61,252 bases of DNA from IMG/VR virus record IMGVR_UViG_3300024310_000009, positions 1 to 61,252 of that record; one strand, given 5' to 3'. The DNA comes from a virus (Duplodnaviria; Caudoviricetes). The notes under the pieces were generated by a model that saw only the letters and a list, made by a program, of their open reading frames with translations, did not search any database and was not told the origin of the DNA. Both the position numbers and the translations under genes were made by a program. How positions within the stretch are numbered: position 1 is the stretch's first letter; the number at the start of each line of letters is the position of its first letter. Positions 45,927 through 54,472 of this stretch are shown in pieces.

Positions 45927-46283
45927 ATGGGTGCGTTCATCGATCTCACAGGTCATCGCTTTGGCCGTCTCCGTGTTCTGCGACGGGACACGGAGACGGC
46001 CAATCCGTATCCCATGTGGGCCTGCCGCTGCGACTGCGGCACGGAGTTGTCGGTCAACGGCCAGTCGCTCAGGGAAGGGTGGGCAGAGTCGTGCGGGTGC
46101 CTGATGCGAGAGGTCAATTCGCAACAGATCCGTGCTCGTAATGCGACCGACCCCAAGTGGCGATCCAGGGTTGATCGCGGTACGGCCAGGTGTCCGCACT
46201 GCGGCAACACGTTTCAGCGCAGTCGGGTTAGCAAGAAATACTGCTCGACGTTATGTCGCGTCAAGGCACACCAAAGCCACTGA
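45927..46283 (+). CDS. Protein with HNH/AP2-associated N-terminal Cys domain plus Zn finger
   Basis: DLTGHRFGRL.V..W.CRCDCG..SCGC; CPHC..YCS..C. Confidence 0.7.
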   Translation: MGAFIDLTGHRFGRLRVLRRDTETANPYPMWACRCDCGTELSVNGQSLREGWAESCGCLMREVNSQQIRARNATDPKWRSRVDRGTARCPHCGNTFQRSRVSKKYCSTLCRVKAHQSH

Positions 46284-46325
46284 CGAGCCGCAGCGTGCGG
46301 CGAAACCCCTACAGGAGACAGGACG

Positions 46326-46574
46326 ATGAGCGATCTAAGTCATCTGTACACAGCGAACATCGCCCAGGAACGGCAGCTTATCATTCGCGAGAGCGGCCGA
46401 CCTGGCAAGGATGCCACCCTGAATTATCAGGTGTGCCTTGGCAGTTCGCCCTATGATGCTGTGTTCAGCAGCAAGGAATTGGCCGAGTGCCAGGAGTGGC
46501 TGACACAGCACGGATGGGGCTGCGTTCAGTATCCGCGCTACACAGGGGACCACTACCACTATGAGAGGCGATGA
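46326..46574 (+). CDS. Hypothetical protein
   Basis: AGGA RBS. Confidence 0.55.
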   Translation: MSDLSHLYTANIAQERQLIIRESGRPGKDATLNYQVCLGSSPYDAVFSSKELAECQEWLTQHGWGCVQYPRYTGDHYHYERR

Positions 46575-46795
46575 GGGCTCCAGCAATGTCCGACCCCATG
46601 ACCTGCATTCACCGCGACAAAGGGCTGTGCCCAAAGTGCCAAGCCGAATTCGACGAGGACGAAAGCGCCTGGCTGGAATTTGGCTACCATTCCGAGGGTA
46701 TCGAGCGGTGGCGGCAACTCCAGCAGGAGATTGCCGAGGAAGAACTGTCGCGACCGATCGAGGCCCCGGCGCCGGAGTACGAAATCCCGTTCTGA
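46571..46795 (+). CDS. Hypothetical acidic protein
   Basis: ATGA overlap; CxH..CxxC; ends EIPF. Confidence 0.55.
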   Translation: MRAPAMSDPMTCIHRDKGLCPKCQAEFDEDESAWLEFGYHSEGIERWRQLQQEIAEEELSRPIEAPAPEYEIPF

Positions 46796-46892
46796 CACCG
46801 ACGTTTGCCACCGTCCCCACCCCTCGGGTAGACTGACCCCCTGTGTCGCAGTAGACGAGGGAAGTCCTGAGACACTTGCGGAGAGAACGGAG

Positions 46893-46932
46893 GTCAGCCG
46901 GTTGGTTCCCAACTTTACCGGCTGGCCTCTTT
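46893..46932 (+). terminator. Hairpin terminator A
   Basis: GTCAGCCGGT/ACCGGCTGGC then CTCTTT. Confidence 0.55.
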
Positions 46933-47070
46933 CCGTTGACGGTGGGTACGGGTAGAATGCAGGAGTTGACACCTCCATTCGTTGGATCGCCGGGTAATTG
47001 AAAGTCCGCAACTGCCTGAGAAACACGCTGCGGATATTTCCGGAACCCTGGCTTACCAACTTGGATCAGG

Positions 47071-47108
47071 GGCCAGCTGGTATGCACACCGGCTGGCCTC
47101 TCTTTTTG
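47071..47108 (+). terminator. Hairpin terminator B
   Basis: GGCCAGCTGGT/ACCGGCTGGCC then TCTCTTTTT. Confidence 0.65.
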
Positions 47109-47426
47109 TGGAAAACCGCCGACGCCTCGTGCGTAGCGCGGTACGGAATTCGTTTCTGTCAACGACTGATTCCCCGCAAATCCATAACGCTTTTCTCACC
47201 CGCTTCTTGACAAACCCTCCGGCGCAAGTGCAGCCAGATCACGTCCTTGTGAAAAGTCTCCCTCTCGCTCCCCCCAGCTGGCGGCCTTCCTCTTTTAACT
47301 GCTGTAGCAGCAAGTCGTTGCGGCATTACCTGCCGGAATCGTTTTCTGTCAACTGGCCGAATGGAATAGGAACAACTGCGCTGTCTGCTGTACCCTGCTG
47401 CGTGGTCCCAGCACGGGAGCAGACGC

Positions 47427-48554
47427 ATGGCAAAACGCACGGGTGCGAAGCTTCGGATTCCAAAACTCTGCCTGCACAAATCGAGCGGGCGGGGCTACGT
47501 CACCAATCCCCGGACTCACAAACCCATCTACCTCGGCGACTACGGCTCCGACGAATGCGAGCGGAACTACCGAGAGTGGGTGGGAAGGTGGCGAGCCCTC
47601 GGCGCAGCCGGCGTGGATCTCAGCAAGATCGACCGCGGCGGCCCCACCGTGGCGAAGCTCATCGTCGCCTTCCTCGCCCACGCAAAGCAGCACTACGTCA
47701 AGGACGGTCAGGAAACGTCGGAGGTGGGAACCTTCCGAGTATTGCTGGCCCCTCTCAATAACCTGTACGGCAGGACGAAGGTAGCCGACTTCAAGGGCGC
47801 CGACTTCCGAGCCGTGCGGCAGCAGTACATCGAGGCGGGCCTCAGTCGGGGCACAATCAACGACCGGGCAGCTCGCTTGCGTCGCGTCTTCCGCTGGGGC
47901 GTGGCCGAGGACCTGGTGCCGCCCGACGTGCTGGCGAAGGTCTCAGCCGTCGAGCCACTTCAGAAGGGCAGGACGCCAGCTCCCGAACGCGAGAAGGTGA
48001 AGCCGGTGCCGAAGGCTCACTTTGAAGCGGCCGTGGCCCAGCTCCGCGAGAAACCCCGCCTGATGGCGCAGCTGCACTACCTCCTCGGCTGCCGGCCCGG
48101 TGAGGTGGTGGTGATGCGCCCGGCGGACATTGACCGCACGCAGGACCCCTGGCTCTACCGCCCCATCCACTACAAGACTGAACACCACGAGAGCGGCAAG
48201 CCACGCGACATTTTCATCGGCAAGGAGGCTCAGGCAATCCTTCGTCCTCTCCTCGAGCGCCAGCCGACTGCCTGGGTCTTCTGGAGCCGCGCTCGAGGAA
48301 TTGCGCACGGCAAGGGGCCCGGACACTACACGGTGCAGGCGTACTGGCATCTCGTCAAGAGTGCCTGTCTGCGGGCCGGTGTGCCCCACTGGAACCCCAA
48401 CCAGGTACGCCACCTCCGACTGACCGAGGTACGCCGCGCCTTCGGCCTGGAAGCAGCCCAGGCCGTCGGCGGCCATGCCGACCCGGACATGACCGCGCGA
48501 TACGCCGAACGCCTGGAGAACCTCGCCCGTACCGTGGCAAAAGAAATGGGATAG
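47427..48554 (+). CDS. int: Tyrosine integrase (Planctomycete type)
   Basis: GCRPGE, YKT, WNPNQVRH, GHA, RYA; N-terminal HKSSGRGYV..YLG.YGS. Confidence 0.92.
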   Translation: MAKRTGAKLRIPKLCLHKSSGRGYVTNPRTHKPIYLGDYGSDECERNYREWVGRWRALGAAGVDLSKIDRGGPTVAKLIVAFLAHAKQHYVKDGQETSEVGTFRVLLAPLNNLYGRTKVADFKGADFRAVRQQYIEAGLSRGTINDRAARLRRVFRWGVAEDLVPPDVLAKVSAVEPLQKGRTPAPEREKVKPVPKAHFEAAVAQLREKPRLMAQLHYLLGCRPGEVVVMRPADIDRTQDPWLYRPIHYKTEHHESGKPRDIFIGKEAQAILRPLLERQPTAWVFWSRARGIAHGKGPGHYTVQAYWHLVKSACLRAGVPHWNPNQVRHLRLTEVRRAFGLEAAQAVGGHADPDMTARYAERLENLARTVAKEMG

Positions 48555-48688
48555 ATGCCGGAAAATGACACAAAGCGTCAAAGTCGTTAAAGTAGTGGAA
48601 ATCTGAACACTTGCGCCGTACCATGCTTTTGCGGACAATGCCCCAGGTCCCAGATCCCAGCCCTGGGAGCCGCAAGGGACGGCACGTC

Positions 48689-49126
48689 GTGGCAACGACT
48701 CTGGAACAGGTCATCGAACTGGTACGCACCTACTGCCGTGAGGTTGCAGGCAGCGACGCGCCGATCCATCTCGACGTGACGTTCTGCTCGGGCCGTCATC
48801 TCAGCCATCCCGTCCCGCCGACGCAGAAGGAGGCCGAGGCACCGATCAGCGAGCTCCGCTCAGGTGCTCAGACGGGTCACTCCCCCGACTTCCGTTCCAT
48901 TCGCTGGCTCGGTCGCGAGTGGCCCTTTACCGAGATGCAGGCCCGCGTGGTCAAGACTCTCTGGGAAGCGTGGGAGGACGGCTCTCCCGACGTGGGCACA
49001 ACAGTCCTCATTGCAGCTGCACAGAGCGAATCCACGCGCGTCCGCGACCTCTTCCACGGCAACGCGGCCTGGGGTACGGTGATCGTCCCGGGCGGCAGCC
49101 GCGGCACCTTCCGGCTGGTCGATTGA
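48689..49126 (+). CDS. Winged-helix-like DNA-binding protein
   Basis: HSPDFRSIRW.G..FT..QARVV..LWEA..G.FRL. Confidence 0.6.
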   Translation: MATTLEQVIELVRTYCREVAGSDAPIHLDVTFCSGRHLSHPVPPTQKEAEAPISELRSGAQTGHSPDFRSIRWLGREWPFTEMQARVVKTLWEAWEDGSPDVGTTVLIAAAQSESTRVRDLFHGNAAWGTVIVPGGSRGTFRLVD

Positions 49127-49135
49127 AGGCTTGCC

Positions 49136-49223
49136 CCACTTCTGTTCCACTTCTGTTCCACTTGCCCCACTTCTGTTCCACTTACGCCCTCTCTTGCCAC
49201 CCGCGATTACCACTTGCGCCACT
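49136..49223 (+). repeat. CCACTT direct-repeat array
   Basis: CCACTT at 49136, 49147, 49158, 49167, 49178, 49210. Confidence 0.85.
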
Positions 49224-49288
49224 AGATCCGTACCCGCCAACCACGGTACGATTTCGCAGAGTTTGCGGAACCGGAAAAGGGGGATGCA

Positions 49289-49570
49289 ATGGCAACGTGG
49301 CTATCAACGGTTGAGGTCGCGAAGGAGCTGAACGTCAGCACCTACCGGGTCTGGCAGTGGTGCCGGCGCGGGCTGACAAGAAACGGCGTGACGCTGCGCC
49401 TCAGGAGCCAGCGCATCGGCGGCCGGTTCTCCATTCGCCGCGACTGGCTGGAGGCATTTTTAAAGGCGTGCAACGGCGGCGAGGCGGTCGAACTGGGCAA
49501 CCCGGCATCGGAAGACCGGGACGCCCTGCGCGACCAGGAGGAGGCCCGGCGGGAGCTGGCGCGGAGGTAA
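49289..49570 (+). CDS. Excisionase-like HTH (DUF1580/AlpA-like)
   Basis: LSTVEVAKELNVS..VWQWCRRG..LRSQRIGGR..LEAFL. Confidence 0.75.
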   Translation: MATWLSTVEVAKELNVSTYRVWQWCRRGLTRNGVTLRLRSQRIGGRFSIRRDWLEAFLKACNGGEAVELGNPASEDRDALRDQEEARRELARR

Positions 49571-49572
49571 GG

Positions 49573-50040
49573 CTACTCCTCGGGCTCGTCGGAGGGTTCG
49601 TCTGGCGGGTCTTGATGTTTCGCCAGGTACTCCTCCAAGGCCGTCTCGACAATGGCCGTGGTTGTAACCCGAGGGCGCAGCGATTCGATGTGAGCAATCA
49701 ACTGGTCGTACAGCTCCGCACTGAGCGAGAGATGAAGAGGCTTGCCGCTCCGCTTGGGAGTCACGTCATCAGATGGACGGTTGGAGGAAGCGATGGTGAG
49801 CAACGCGGCAATGTCGTCGTCGCTGAGAGCAAACCATTCGCCACGGATTCGCTTGTCCGCGAACCGTTCGTGCAGTGTTCGTTCCAGCCACACCATGTCG
49901 TCGGAGGCGATGGTGTGGAGCAGGACAACCTCGAACGGCAGCGAGTCGAAGTCCTCAAGCCGACCTTCGGGAGCCTTGCTGCGGCCGATCTTCACCGGGC
50001 CAATGCTGGCGCGGAAGAGGTACACGAAACCCGCTGGCAT
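49573..50040 (-). CDS. GIY-YIG/T5orf172-like domain plus C-terminal RHH-like domain
   Basis: VYLF..VKIGRS..R, E..LH.RFA..RIRGEWF; LHLSL..TTTAIVETALEEYL. Confidence 0.75.
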   Translation of the reverse strand: MPAGFVYLFRASIGPVKIGRSKAPEGRLEDFDSLPFEVVLLHTIASDDMVWLERTLHERFADKRIRGEWFALSDDDIAALLTIASSNRPSDDVTPKRSGKPLHLSLSAELYDQLIAHIESLRPRVTTTAIVETALEEYLAKHQDPPDEPSDEPEE

Positions 50041-50042
50041 GG

Positions 50043-50291
50043 TCAATTCTCCTCTGGCTCGGCGCCAGGTCCAGACAGGAGTTGACGGTCTGCCGCCATC
50101 TGGCGGTTGCAGGCGTGCCGGATATAGGCTGAGCGGCTCATGCCCATCAGTTCGGCAACACGATCTAACTCCGCAATCCATTCAGCAGGAGCTTGTAGCT
50201 CGATACGGCCGGGGGGCGGAGGCGGCGTCGGTGGAGTCGACGGTGTCTTCTTTCCCACGTGGGAACGCTCCGTTAGCAAGGCGGTACTCAC
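50043..50291 (-). CDS. CopG-like ribbon-helix-helix regulator
   Basis: IELQAP.EWIAELDRVAELMGMSRSAYIR. Confidence 0.75.
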   Translation of the reverse strand: MSTALLTERSHVGKKTPSTPPTPPPPPGRIELQAPAEWIAELDRVAELMGMSRSAYIRHACNRQMAADRQLLSGPGAEPEEN

Positions 50292-50368
50292 CAGTAGAAC
50301 CTCCGTAAGTGTAACAGGAATCGCTGTTTCAGTATATCCGGTAGCGGCACGGAATGGGAAGGGGAAAA

Positions 50369-50423
50369 TTACGGAATAATTCCGTAAGATGCCATTGACT
50401 TACGTAAGTCTTACGGGTATACT
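50369..50423 (+). promoter_or_regulatory. Early promoter with palindromic operators
   Basis: TTGACT-N17-TATACT; palindromes TTACGGAA-TAA-TTCCGTAA (50369-87) and GACTTACGTAAGTC (50397-410). Confidence 0.8.
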
Positions 50424-50473
50424 TCAAGTGTGGAGTGAAAGACAAGACACGACGGACGCAAGGGAGCACGACG

Positions 50474-50821
50474 ATGAGCCAGAACAAGTGGACGGTGAAG
50501 GGGATCGAGTGCAGCGACGGCGAGAAGTGCGAATGCTGCGGGGCCTCCTGCCCAAAGCGTCGGGTGGTTCTGTCGGACGGCGAGCAGGAAGTACGCTACG
50601 GGGCTTCCTGTGCAGCGTACAAGCTGCTCGGCAGCAAGAAGGCCGGCAGCGTCAAGACGATCACGACGCAGGCCAGCGCAGCAGAACTGGCCCGCAAGTG
50701 GCTGAACGCTGGGCACTCGCCCGAAGTCGTCGCGAAGGGGATCTGGAATCGCTTCGGCTTCCCGACGCAGGCGAAAGAGGGCGGCGTGAACATCGCGAGT
50801 ATCGGGCTCGTGGGGAAGTGA
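50474..50821 (+). CDS. Zn-finger early protein
   Basis: CECCG..YGASCA; GGGAG RBS. Confidence 0.65.
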   Translation: MSQNKWTVKGIECSDGEKCECCGASCPKRRVVLSDGEQEVRYGASCAAYKLLGSKKAGSVKTITTQASAAELARKWLNAGHSPEVVAKGIWNRFGFPTQAKEGGVNIASIGLVGK

Positions 50822-51271
50822 GGAGAGCATGGAACAGGCATTCAAGGACGCACTGGCGACTATCGTTCGCCTCACGGCAGACCGGGCAATCCTGCTGGAC
50901 GCTGTCCAGAAGGCACTGCCCGTCGTCAAGAGCCTGAATCGAGAGCGCGACCTGCAGTACCTTTACGACGCTCTCAAGGAAGCGAACAGGAGCGCAACGA
51001 AACAGTAAATCACCGCCATCGACAAGGACGGTGGACTTAAAGGGATGACACCCTAACGAGGATAACTCAAGGCTTCCCTCTTCAAGTCTCCGTAGGTGAA
51101 GCGGAGACAACTTTTCAGGGACAACACGACGACGGGGCCACGGATGGCCCACTACCCAAGGGAGGGTGCGATGCTGATTCTTCTGGTGGTGTTCAGTCCG
51201 GTGATTCTGACGGCGGCAATGTCGGTGCTGGCTCAAGCAACGCAGGCGGTGGTGGCGATGGGGGGTGCGAA

Positions 51272-51577
51272 GTGAAGACGATGACCGAAACGACACGCTG
51301 GGCAGTGCGGGTGGTGAAGCTGGCGGTACAGGCTCACGGCGGCGCGGACAACCTGGCTCCGCTGACGAAGGTGCGGGAACAACTGGCCCGCGTCGGACTC
51401 ACAACGCGGCTCCTGCAAGACGCGGCCATTCGCTGCGCCCAGGAAGCCGGAGTCGTCTGTGGGGCGGCGCTGGAAGGTCGCGACGGCATCTCTCCCGAGG
51501 AGCGGGAGGCGAGCATTCCGCAGCGAGGGTGTGAGGGACGGATTGGGTATCTGATGGTAATAGGGGGTGGAAGGTGA
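51272..51577 (+). CDS. Hypothetical protein
   Basis: Coupled overlaps. Confidence 0.5.
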   Translation: MKTMTETTRWAVRVVKLAVQAHGGADNLAPLTKVREQLARVGLTTRLLQDAAIRCAQEAGVVCGAALEGRDGISPEEREASIPQRGCEGRIGYLMVIGGGR

Positions 51578-51792
51578 TTCTTCCGGTTCATTCGGCAGAC
51601 GGCAATCCTCCAGTCTGGCTGACGGTCTATGAGGTGAAGTGCGACAAGTGCGGGTGCAGTCATCCCGACGCAGCGATCACGCCGGAGGCTTCCGTACTGC
51701 ATGCCCAGCAATCCGGCTGGCACGTTCCGTCGCTGTTCCCTGACGAGGACTGGCACAACACTCGCGTCATTTGTCCGAAGTGTCGAAGGTAA
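51574..51792 (+). CDS. Small Zn-ribbon protein
   Basis: CDKC..GW..CPKC. Confidence 0.6.
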   Translation: MILPVHSADGNPPVWLTVYEVKCDKCGCSHPDAAITPEASVLHAQQSGWHVPSLFPDEDWHNTRVICPKCRR

Positions 51793-51813
51793 TCGCCCAA
51801 ACCCAAGGGAGGG

Positions 51814-52017
51814 ATGAGAATGTTAGGCATTAGCAAACTCTGGAACGCGGTGACGAGGCTGGCGGCGGCGCTGCAAGCGCTCTCGGAAACGGTGGAGGCG
51901 GCCAACGGCCAACTACGGCAGCGGCTGCAACTGGAGGAGGACTCGGCCGACGCGATTGCGGATCGCAGCGAGGACACGGTTAACGGCAGCGTGAAGCGGA
52001 AGGGGGTGCGGTCATGA
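51814..52017 (+). CDS. Coiled-coil hypothetical protein
   Basis: GGAGG RBS. Confidence 0.55.
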   Translation: MRMLGISKLWNAVTRLAAALQALSETVEAANGQLRQRLQLEEDSADAIADRSEDTVNGSVKRKGVRS

Positions 52018-52307
52018 GTGAGGCAAAACACACAGCGTTGCCGTGGTACATCCGGCACGAGAAACTTGCACGTCAGATCCACATCGAGACGTGCAAGTAC
52101 GCGGAGGACATTGCCAGCATCAGCAACGCCGATGAACCACGCGATCATGCCAACGCCGCGTTCATCGTGCGGGCGACGAATGCCCATCAGATGCTCGTGG
52201 AAGCACTGGAAGAAGTTGATGCGTGGGTAGAGAAGATGCCAGAGGGTATGAGACAGCGTGTGCGTGCTGCCCTCGCCAAAGCAACCGAGGATCATAATGG
52301 CGCTTGA
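52014..52307 (+). CDS. Hypothetical phage protein (HT.PW..ANA.FIV..ALAKA family)
   Basis: Characteristic motifs. Confidence 0.65.
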   Translation: MSEAKHTALPWYIRHEKLARQIHIETCKYAEDIASISNADEPRDHANAAFIVRATNAHQMLVEALEEVDAWVEKMPEGMRQRVRAALAKATEDHNGA

Positions 52308-52740
52308 ATTGACGCACAGGTTCTGGGGCAAGATACACAAAACGGAAGGCTGTTGGATTTGGACAGCCTCTATCAACTCGGAAGGCTACGGCGTCTTTCG
52401 ATTGGAGAAAAAACTCCAGTTTGCCCATCGGCTTTGCTACGAGTCCGTGCACGGTAAAGTGCCGGATGGTCTTGAAATCGACCATCTTTGTCGCAACCGG
52501 CGGTGCGTGAATCCAGATCACATTGAGGCAGTGACGCATTCCGAGAACGTGCGACGTGGAACAGCATACTACCAACTTCTCATCGCAGCGAAGGCCGTAA
52601 CGCACTGCCCTCGCGGACATGAATACGACGAGAAGAACACTTACATTCCGCCGTCTGGAGGAAGGCAATGTCGAATATGCGTCCGGGAGAGAGCGAGAGC
52701 CTATCAACGTCAAAAACGAGCAATCAAACGGCTTGTGTAG
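52297..52740 (+). CDS. HNH endonuclease
   Basis: CWIW..GYG..AHR..IDHLCRNRRCVNPDH..EN; HCPRGH..CRIC. Confidence 0.88.
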   Translation: MALELTHRFWGKIHKTEGCWIWTASINSEGYGVFRLEKKLQFAHRLCYESVHGKVPDGLEIDHLCRNRRCVNPDHIEAVTHSENVRRGTAYYQLLIAAKAVTHCPRGHEYDEKNTYIPPSGGRQCRICVRERARAYQRQKRAIKRLV

Positions 52741-53482
52741 GGTTGTGCAAACGATGCTGCAACTCCTTCGATGATCTGCTGGCGGCGCTCAAAGAGTTGA
52801 AGCGCTGGTGCGTTCGTCCTGGTGACGATGGCAAGCACGACGACGGCTACGATGCGGCCATGGCGCTAGCCCGTGTCGCCCTGGCGAAGGCAACCGGGAG
52901 GTGACATGAGCGAGGCAGGACACCGGGCGGTTGCAGCGGTAGACGTGGAGGTACGATTGAACGCCCTGCCGAACGACACAGCGGACAGCGGAAAGGACGG
53001 TCCAGAATGAGCGAAGTAGAACGAATCGTTCTGTGGTTTCTTCTAGGTGCGTTCATCGCTGACAAACTGTTTTTGCTGTATCTGGCAATTCAGCCAGCGC
53101 AGCAAGCCATCAGAGCAGCGGACAGCGGGCCGACAAACCAGGACTAGGCTGTTCCGCGGCCGCAGGGAGCGCGGCCTATTTTCAGACACCAGGCACGAGG
53201 ACGAAATGAGCGAAGAAAACGAAGAAAAAACGGATCCGGTCTACCCATACTGCGGCGGTTGCGGGCTGCGGTTCGTCGTAGAACCGCAGATTCTGCCGGC
53301 GGAAGCAGCAGAGAGGGCAGAATCGCGACGGTGCCATTACTGCCTCTATGACGAGGCGCACGGGCGCAAACCACAACCAGACCCTCTCGACATTGACCTG
53401 ATTTGAGGCAACGCACGGCGGCTATTCTTGGCGGGGCTCCTACCGATTGGCCCTGCTGCTGGGGGATAGCCGCCGTGCACGA

Positions 53483-53568
53483 GCCTGGTCTCTGGGAGCT
53501 TCGAGACTGTGGAGTAACAGATCCTCACAGCCTCGAAGGACAGGTCGGTTCGATTCCGACGCCAGGCA
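53483..53568 (+). ncRNA. tRNA-like element lacking a D-stem, with extended central hairpin
   Basis: GCCTGGT/GCCAGGC acceptor, GTCGG-TTCGATT-CCGAC T-arm, CTTCGAG/CTCGAAG + CTGTG/CACAG helix. Confidence 0.5.
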
Positions 53569-53915
53569 CTGAGCCCGAGGAAGCAAGTTCTGCGGCGATA
53601 CGCCGTGGATGGGGGCAGAAAACCGACAGAGGAAAGACACACGACCCAGTTGAGACAGGTCTCAGAGACCGTGTGTTGCACGAAAGTTCCGAGGGCTCAA
53701 CTTACACAGGAGGCAGAGAAATGAAGGATCGCAACGGCCACAAACTCCGGGAGGTGATCTCGTGCATGTGCCGTGCAGGGTGGTAAAGCTTCACGTCACG
53801 ATGGTTGAGCTTACACCCCTGATCGACGCGCAGGACCGGGGCGAGGATATTTTCCTCGTGGAGCCGCAACAGGTTTGTTTTGGTCATCGGCCCGTGGAAC
53901 AAAAGGAGGCAGGGA

Positions 53916-54185
53916 ATGCAAGATCGCAACGGTGAGGAACACACGGGTCTGTGTCTTTCGTTCCGCGACGGCGATTACGCCGTGCTCGTATTACCCGATG
54001 ACCGGACGGTGCGAGTAACCGTGGAGTTGGACCTCCGCCACTGGAAGGCGAGGCTGCACTTTGAGTCGCCCCCGGACGTGCGGATCTGGCGCGACAAAAT
54101 CTGGGAGGATATGCAGACTGAGCAGGCACAGCCTCAGCCGCAGGTGCCCGAACCGCAACCGCACGAGGAGCAGAGGTTGCCATGA
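53916..54185 (+). CDS. CsrA-like RNA-binding protein (divergent)
   Basis: LCLSFRDGD..VRVTV..ARLHFESPPDVRIWR resembles CsrA consensus. Confidence 0.6.
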   Translation: MQDRNGEEHTGLCLSFRDGDYAVLVLPDDRTVRVTVELDLRHWKARLHFESPPDVRIWRDKIWEDMQTEQAQPQPQVPEPQPHEEQRLP

Positions 54186-54472
54186 TCCACCTCGACACGG
54201 ATCACCTGGGCAGGCTGGTCCTCCTCATCGAGGATGCCGGGGGTGAGCCGCAATACTACTCCTTCGACGTGAAGCCTTACGCCGTGCTGCTCTGCCGCCA
54301 GGACACCCGCGACCTGTACAGCCTGCGGCGCACGCCCGAGGGCTGGTCGTGCAGCTGCAAGGCGTTCACTTACCGACGCAACAAAACGGATTGTAAACAC
54401 ACCAGCGCGCTACGCATCTGCGACGCGCTGCGGTTGACCCTTTCGACCATGCAGGAGCTAATCCATGTCTGA
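54182..54472 (+). CDS. SWIM Zn-finger protein
   Basis: WSCSCKAF..CKH. Confidence 0.7.
   Translation: MIHLDTDHLGRLVLLIEDAGGEPQYYSFDVKPYAVLLCRQDTRDLYSLRRTPEGWSCSCKAFTYRRNKTDCKHTSALRICDALRLTLSTMQELIHV

Noticed and set aside
46800-47420. attP with tRNA 3'-end core
   Set aside because: No recognisable T-arm/acceptor sequence near the integrase
49131-49223. CRISPR-like array
   Set aside because: Units are 9-11 bp with no unique spacers, and no cas genes are present
53483-53568. Functional canonical tRNA or tmRNA
   Set aside because: No D-stem, no 7-nt anticodon loop, no CCA, no tag-reading frame; kept only as tRNA-like
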